From: Malacoraja senta
Lineage: Eukaryota
Assembly: GCA_038087875.1 (NCBI GenBank)
Contig: JAXLNO010001373.1
Span: forward strand, 1-64,000
Length of the DNA stretch: 64,000 bases
Direction: 5' to 3'
In this document: positions 56,503 to 64,000 of the stretch, one piece after another
How the letters are laid out: the number at the start of each line of letters is the position of its first letter
Position numbering within the stretch: position 1 is the first letter of the stretch
The notes under the pieces: generated by a model
Database searches by the model: none
What the model was told of the DNA's origin: nothing
Seen by the model: only the letters and a program-made list of their open reading frames with translations
Translations under genes and position numbers: made by a program

Positions 56503-59500
56503 TTTTTAATTAAATTTTTTTTTTATTAGAAGTACATTACATTACAATTAATTACATTAGTACTCGTCACATATATCTTATTACAATTAATGTACTCCGT
56601 TTGTTTTTAAACTAATAAAGGGAAAGGATGAGATTGAGAGAAAGAAGAAAGTGAAGGAAAAGGTGAAAGTGTAAAAAAACGTGACAACAAGAAAGAACGA
56701 AGACCCTATAAGAACAAAATTAAAAACAAAAGAAAAAGAGTTAAGAAATAGACCCTAGAAAAGAAGAAGAGAGAAAGAGGGAAAAGAGAAAAACAAATAG
56801 TTTTTGTAAGCATCACGCAAATGGGACATACCAACTCTCCAACTTTCATCCCCCCTTACCTGACCTCAGTTGTTTTTTTTAAGGTACTTTTGCACCCTAT
56901 ATTTGTAATAATTCTATAAATGCAGACCACGTCCGGTGGAAGTGATCTGGTTTACCTGCCAGGAGGAGTCTTATCTCTTCTAGGTGTAATGTTTCGAACA
57001 TATTTGAAATCCACATGTTTATAGTTGGTATTGGAACGTTTTTCCAGAATTTTAGGATTAACTTTTTTCCAGTTATTAACCCATAGTCTATTAATTTCTT
57101 TTGGAACACATTTAATTCTGGACTATCTTCCGTTGTTCCGAAGATAATCCATTCTGCTTTGGGTATCAGTTTTATTTTTAATAATTTTGTAAAGATTTCA
57201 AAAATTTCAATCCAAGATTTTTGAATTTTTGTACAGAAAACAAATGAGTGCGCTATAGTAAGTGGCGGCGCTGTCTTACAGCAGCGGCTCGCCTGCAGTC
57301 CGTCTGTTTTTACTTTTTTTTGTTGTTTTCTTTTGTCCTGTTTCAGTTAAATTTTAGTTTATTGGGTTGTGTATGTGTGGGGTGGGAGGGTGAAACATGA
57401 TTTTTGTCTCTTCCTTCGGGGGAATGCGACTTTCTTGTCGTGTCCCCCTTCTCTGCCTCCGTCTGCGCTGAGGCCAAAATGGCGGAACTGCCGGCCTCCA
57501 ACTCCAACTGCGAGCGACCGACCGACCTCGAGGCTTCGGAGGCAGAGCCAGGACTTACCAGCGCGAGGCTGGCCTGCTTCGGGGCTGCGGTGGCGTTCCG
57601 GCGGTGGCGACCGAGGACACTGGTGGCGACCTGAATCCGGGGCTCGGCCGCGGGCCCAGTGGACGACATCGTCGGGAGCGCGCAGGTCACAGGTTGGTGA
57701 CCTGTTTTTCTGGGGCTCCCGCAACTACAGCTGCGTCCGCTGGACTGGAGGGCGGCAGCTTCGGCAGCTTCGACCACCCCGGGCCGCGGAGTTTGAGCCG
57801 GCCCGTCGCCGAGCACGGATTCGGCCGCTGGACTGGCTTACCGTCGCCCGGCGGGGCGACAGCATCAGAAGCCTGGATCGCCTCAGCGCAGAGGAAGAAG
57901 AAAGCGGGAAGAGACAGAGAATTTAAGACTTTTGCCTCCATCACAGTGAGGAGGTGCCTGGTGAACTCACTGTGGTGGATGTTAATTTGTGTTTATTGTG
58001 TGTTTTGTCATTTATTATTATATGTATGAATGCAGGCAACGAAATTTCGTTCAGACCGAAAGGTCTGAATGACAAATAAAGGAATCTCTAATCTCTAATC
58101 TCTAATCTCTAAAAAAAAAATAGTAGCTTCTTGAGATTGACATTTATCACAAATGGATGATACATTTGGGAAAATTTTGGAATAATATAATCTATGTAAA
58201 ATTTTAAATTGTATTAAAGTGTGTCCTACATTAATCAAACATTTATGCACGTTTAATAAGTGTTCATTCCACCTTTCCTTTGAGATTTTAATAGCTAATT
58301 CTTGTTCCCAGTCTCTTCTAATACCTTCTGTAGATGGTATTTCTACATTTAAGATAATACTATACAAATATGATATTAAGTTTGCTGATTCAGCTTTTAT
58401 CTGCATTGCATCATCCAATACATCTGCTGGGCTATTATAATGATCTTTTGTATATTTTTTCAAATAGTCACATATTTGAAAATATTTAAAATATTGATTA
58501 TTTCCGAGTTTTATATTTTATTTGTAATTGTTGGAATTATAGTAATTTTCCAGTTTCATACAGGTCACCGAACATTTTAATTCCTAGTCTATCCCATTGT
58601 GTGAAAGATTTGTCTGTAATAGAGGGATTAAACAAAGGATTATTAACTATGGGAGATAAAAGTGATACATTTCTTAATTTTAAATTTTGTTTTATTTGTT
58701 TCCAAGTTCTGATTGTACTATGTATAATTGGGTTCTTATTATAATTTATATTATTCAGTTTCATTGGTGAGAGGAGGATCGCTCCAATGTTTCCAGAGGA
58801 GCAGTCCTCCCTCTCCATTACAATCCAATCCACTTGCTGGGCAGAGTTATCCATCAGTTGAATCATATTTTTAATATTTACTGACCAATAATAATACATG
58901 AAGTTAGGGAGTGCTAAGCCCCCTAATACTTTAGCTTTGTTCAAGTGTGTTCTTTGTATTCTATGTGATTTATAGTCCCATATAAAATTAGTAATATCTG
59001 AGTCCAGTTTTTTTTAAAACTTCTTTGGTAGGTATATAGGAATCGATTGAAATAGGTATAAAATTTGTGGTAGGAAGATCATTTTTATTGCATTTATTCG
59101 GCCTATTAAGGACATCGGGAACGTTTTCCAAAATTTAATTAGTGTATTTAGTTTATTAAGTAAAGGATCAAAATTTGCTTTAAACATGCCTTGATATGTT
59201 CTAGTGATTTCGATTCCCAGGTATTTAAATTTTTCTGTAGCTATTTTAAAAGGGAATTTTAAAAGATGTGTGGAGTCTTTTGGTTTTATTGACATAATTT
59301 CACTCTTATTCCAATTTATTCTGTATCCAGAAAAAGATCCAAAGTCCTCAATTAAATTTATTATATTTGGTATAGTGAATTGAGGTTTTGTAATGTATAA
59401 TAATATATCATCCGTGTATAAAGATATTTTATTATTTGAATATTTAGAATTATACCCATGGAAATCAGGATGTGTTCTAATTTTTTCTGCTAACGGTTCA

Positions 59501-62500
59501 ATTATAAGAGCAAACAACTGTGTTGATAATGAGCATCCTTGTCTATTTCCCCTTGATAGTTGAAATTTCGAGGATAATATGTTATCAGTTAATATTCTAG
59601 CTGTAGGTTTATTATATAATAGTTTAATCCATAAAATGAAATTCTCTCCCAGTTGGAATTTTTGTAATACTTTTCCATATAATTCCATTCTACTTGGTCA
59701 AATGCTTTTTCAGCGTCCAGCGAAATAATTGATAATTCTTGTTCTTCAGATTTATGTGAGTGCATTATGTTGAGTAGACGTCTCATATTGTTAGATGAAT
59801 ATCTCTTAGGGATAAACCCCGTCTGATCTGGGTTTATTAATTTACTAATATATTTACTTAATCTTCTAGCTAATGTTTTCGCTAATATTTTGTTGATCTG
59901 TGTTTAACAATGCTATAGCTCTATATGAACCCGGTTCTTCTATATCTTTGTCTTTTTTAAGTATTAGTGTAATCGTTGATTCAGCTAATGTATCAGGTAA
60001 TATTTGTTTTTTAAAAGCATATTGGTACATTTTTTGTAATCGTGGTATAATTTTGTCATAGAAGCTTTTATAAAATTCATTAGTAAATCCATCAGGACCT
60101 GGTGTTTTTCCATTCTTTAATGAGTTTATTGTATCTTCTAATTCATTAATTGAAATTTGTGCACCCAAATCCTCTTGTTCCTTCAACTCTAACTTTGGAA
60201 GATTACAATTATCCAAAAACTCTGTAATTTTATTGGAGTCAGTTGTCGTTTTAGATGTATACAAACTCTCATAAAATTGCGCAAATCTTTTATTAATATC
60301 CTTCGGCATGGTTAGTAATTCCCCTCTAACTGATTTTATCTTTGGTATCGTATGTTCTTTTTCTCGTTTTTTTAGCTGGCGAGCCAAATGTTTATGCGGT
60401 TTATCCCCAAATTCAATGTGCTCTTGTTTTGTAATTTGAAAAAGTCTTATATGTTTGGCTGATAATAGTTTATTTAATTTAAATTTCAAAATTATTATTT
60501 TATTATGTTTATCTATTGATGGATCTTTAGCATTATCTATATCCATTTGTCTAATAAGTTCTTCTAACCGTCTTTGTTCATTCTTATTCTTTTTATTTTG
60601 AAAAGCTTGATATGAGATTATAATACCTCTAATGTATGCTTTAAAAGATTCCCATAATACAGTAGGCGATATATCTGGAGTGTCATTTATTTAAAAAAAG
60701 GCGTCCATTTGTTCTTTTAAATATATACTCGCTTGAGGATCTTTTAGGATTTGAGAATTAAATCTCCAAAACAGTTTATTATTAGACATTCCTTCCAGTT
60801 TTAAAAAGAAAGTTAGTGGTGAATGGTCTGAAATCAAATTTGTATGGTATGTTGGGTTCAAAGTGTGAGGTATTAATTTTGTGTCCACCAGGAAATAAAC
60901 TATATGTGAGTATGTTTTATGTACCATTGAATAAAACGAGTATTCCCTGCCAGTTGGATTAACAGTTCTCCAAACATCTGCTATATTAGGATTGTTTATA
61001 TAGGTATTTAAAAGTTCACCGGTTTTAGATTTCGTATTCCCTCTCTGTTTTTGGCTTGATTTGTCTAAATACGGATCTAAAACACAGTTAAAATCTCCTC
61101 CTATTATAACATTTTGATAATTAAACTCTGCGATTATGTTCAGAATTTTATTGAAAAAATGAGGGTTGTCAAAGTTAGGCGTGTATATATTTACCAAAGT
61201 AATTGGAGTGTCATGAATTTCTCCATTAACTATTAAATATCTCCCTTCAATATCTGTTATGGTATTCTTTGCTTTGAATGGTATACCTTTTCTAATAATG
61301 ATTGACGTACCTCTAGATTTCGAAGTATATGAAGAATGGTATGTTTGACCTATCCATTTCGCCCTCAACCTAGCTTGATTATGAGATTTTAGATGAGTTT
61401 CTTGTAAGAAAATAATGTCAGAGTTGTACAGTTTCAGTTGAGCTAGTATCTTACCCCTTTTAATAGGTTCGTTAATACCTCTTATATTCCAACTACAGAA
61501 TGAGACTCCTCCTAGGTTCTTTTGTTTAGCATCTAGCATTTTGATTAATTATAGTACCTTTAAATCTTGTGGTGCATCCATATCCCAGGTCTTTGGGTAT
61601 TGGGGGAACCTTTGACTTTCTACGTTTTGTTGGCATGTCCCTTTTACGCTTATCACTAAACACAAAACACAAACGTGAGTTTATGTGATATTAATAATAA
61701 AATAAAAAAAATTGAAAAAGTGAAAATACAGTGTCTAAAATAGTCGACACTGTAGCAAGTGGCCCACCTGTAGGTGGGAAAAAACATTGTTTCGACTTCC
61801 ATTGTTGGTGTTAAACAAATAACTCCGCTCTCTTGGTTACTCATAACATATTAGAACGGGGCCTCACATTCAGATGTATAATACAAATTTACCCTATATA
61901 TGTCGCAATTTTAGCTACTAATTATTAAACAAATGATTTTAGCTTTAATAATAGTCAACTGTTAGTTGAAGGGGTTAACGAGACGCGCCCCTGGACCTAA
62001 GCCAGGTGCTCGCTTCTCATCCCCTCCTCCCCGTTGTAGATAAGGTTTGGATTTAGTAGAAATTCATATTAGTTTTGTTAGTTCATTATTTTTTATTTTT
62101 ATTAGCGTCCGTTACTATTCTAATCTAACATTGATAACTTGTTTAATTATTAGGTTGTTAATAGGATCAATTCTTACAATTGGATATAATCTATTAAACA
62201 ATTAATGCTTCTGGTATATTCCATTCTCTTCAGTTCAGCTGTTTACTCGTTTGGAACACAGAGTGTCCTTGATTCGGAATTCCACAGATAACAGTTTAGC
62301 CATCCTGAACAAAACATTGCTTGCAACGGTTCTAATCTGCCAAACCTCCATTAACCGTGGAATTCTAATTTTAAAAAAAAGGAATAATTCATACTATTAA
62401 TCTATTTTTCAACGATGCTCTGAGCATATTTGTACGCGTCCTCCGGTTTTACAAATAACTTTTCAGAACCGTTAAAAGAAATATGCATTTTGGCTGGATA

Positions 62501-63680
62501 AAAAACACCGTATCTGATACCTTGTTTCCCTCTTAAAAGCTCTATTGCCTTACCAAATTGATTTCTCTTTTGCACAATTTCATACGGATAGTCCCTGAAT
62601 ATTTTGATAATGTCATTGTCCAACCGTAATTGCACTCCGTACTTTATTTTGCTCATCACATCTTCCAGTTCTAAAATGTCCCGAAATTTCACAATAATAT
62701 GTCGTGGGTGGACTTTTCCAGCTTGAGATCTCGGTTTGTATCTTGGAACACAATGAGCCACTTCAATTTTCGGTTCTTTGGAGAGATTAAGCAGATAAGT
62801 AGGTCCATGGCAAACTCACACTCATCCTTTCCCTCGGCTCTCTCTGAGACTCCAAGAATTCTCAAATTCTGGCGTCTAGAGCGAGCTTCCAGGTCCAGGC
62901 ATTTGTCTGAGACTTTCCCCGGTTGAGTCATCATCTGTGCTGAAGTTTGCTCATATTCTTGCTTCCTTTGATCATGTTCTTGCCTCATTTTCACCATGTC
63001 TTCAACCACTCGAGCCATATTTCTCTCCAATTCCGTAATTGTGGTCATACTTGCAGCTACTGTATCTAGCACAGCCGTGAACCTGTCCGTATTAACTTTT
63101 TCCATCTTATCCATTCTCCCCGATAGTCCATCTTTCACATCATCAATTCGTTTATTTATAGTATCAAGTGAATCAATCACCTTCTGATTACCAGCATCAA
63201 TAACCTTCTGATTACCAGCATTCAAATCCTCCATCATCTTTTCGATTTTTTCCATCATTTTTCCCATCAGTTTTATTTTCATCCAAAATTTCATCTTTCA
63301 TATCTTTCACTGATTTCTTCAAATCCTTAAATTCTTTGTCCTTAACCATCTCTGTCTTAGATCTTGTATCCATTTCTGCAGCCACTTCAGAAACTTTAGA
63401 GGTAACTTCTCCTTCAGGCTTCTTCTGATTTTTCAGCAGCTTTTTAACTGATCTCTGAGGGCTCTTGGCTGGAGACAGTTTACTCATTTAAAGTCCTTAA
63501 GCCACCGTTTAAAACATCGCGCTTGCTGATGACATCATCATCCCAGCGACCAGAAGCTCTGGTAAGGTTTTTAATCCAATCCCGACTTATGGACCCGTTT
63601 TTACATGAAAAATCACGAAATCTTTCGAGAGCGGAGCTAGGTGCACGTCTGTTAATCTAACATGGCGCCACCGGAAGTCC
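56503..63680 (-). mobile_element. Full-length L1/Tx1-clade LINE, frameshifted
   Basis: 5' end GGACTTCCGGTGGCGCC. ORF1 (DLEARSRRQNLRILGVSE; 63487-62402). ORF2 APE (SWNIRG...FLQETH), RT (SLDAEKAFD; LYTDD) and C-terminal Cys motif. Poly(A). 16-bp TSD TCTTCTGTTGTTCTTT at 56487-56502 and 63681-63696. Confidence 0.93.
57261..58119 (+). mobile_element. Non-autonomous GC-rich retroposon inserted in the L1
   Basis: TSD ATAGTA (57255-57260, 58120-58125); the uninterrupted site is visible in the sister L1 near 8415-8430. AATAAA, (AATCTCT)x4 and A10 tail. Confidence 0.8.
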
Positions 63681-63696
63681 TCTTCTGTTGTTCTTT

Positions 63697-63900
63697 AAAC
63701 ATTACCCAATCCTCTTGCTTCCCGCTCATCTTTGCTACGTTGTACTTCTTCGCTTTAATTTTTATACTGTCCCTGACGTCCCTTGTCAGCCATGGTCGTC
63801 CCTTTCTCCCCTTGGAATCTTTCTTCCTCCTAGGAATGAACTGATCCTGCACCTTCTGTTTTATTCCTAGAAACACCTGTCATTTTTGTTCCACTGTCAT
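63697..63900 (-). mobile_element. CR1 ORF2 fragment (upstream part of 55385-56502)
   Basis: QDQFIP.RKK...PWLTRDV...EDWVMFKEQQKR. Confidence 0.85.
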
Positions 63901-64000
63901 CCCTGCGAGTGTACTTTACTTTGTTCTTTATTTTGCTGGTGAAAAATGTAGTAAATTCCTCGCACTTAGCAGGGGACCCAGTTAAGCTGGTGCTGGGGGC

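Noticed and set aside
57343-58029. Several 120-185 aa GC-rich ORFs
   Set aside because: Overlapping frames on both strands inside a TSD-flanked retroposon; no recognisable domain.

Overview
Vertebrate genomic DNA with four N-gaps. The repeat complement (HE1/V-SINE-like SINEs, CR1, Rex1/Babar, L1/Tx1, Penelope-derived repeats) suggests a cartilaginous fish, probably a skate or ray; this is inference. Most of the window is nested transposable elements. (1) Four Helitron-type elements with A|TC...hairpin-CTAG|T termini. Two of them carry three copies of a TATA/Inr/splice-donor cassette, each followed by a different minisatellite or satellite, and one contains an internally deleted RepHel helicase remnant. 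(2) A 5.57 kb endogenous retrovirus with LTRs, a GCAT TSD, a tRNA-Leu PBS, a large gag-PR-RT deletion and an ASLV/filovirus-like env. (3) A young, internally deleted Gypsy element. (4) A THAP-domain foldback DNA element, a Harbinger MITE and several LINEs. The only clear host gene is an immunoglobulin-superfamily locus at 46595-52722 (+). It has four phase-1/phase-1 exons, each encoding a complete germline-joined V+J domain with a very short CDR3 and no complete RSS. They alternate A-B-A-B, exons 2 and 4 are about 94.5% identical with unrelated introns, and exon 1 has a 1-bp frameshift. This looks like a non-rearranging, antigen-receptor-like multi-VJ gene or pseudogene whose leader region was split by a Gypsy plus Rex1 insertion. 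No TM or C-domain exon is visible in the window.
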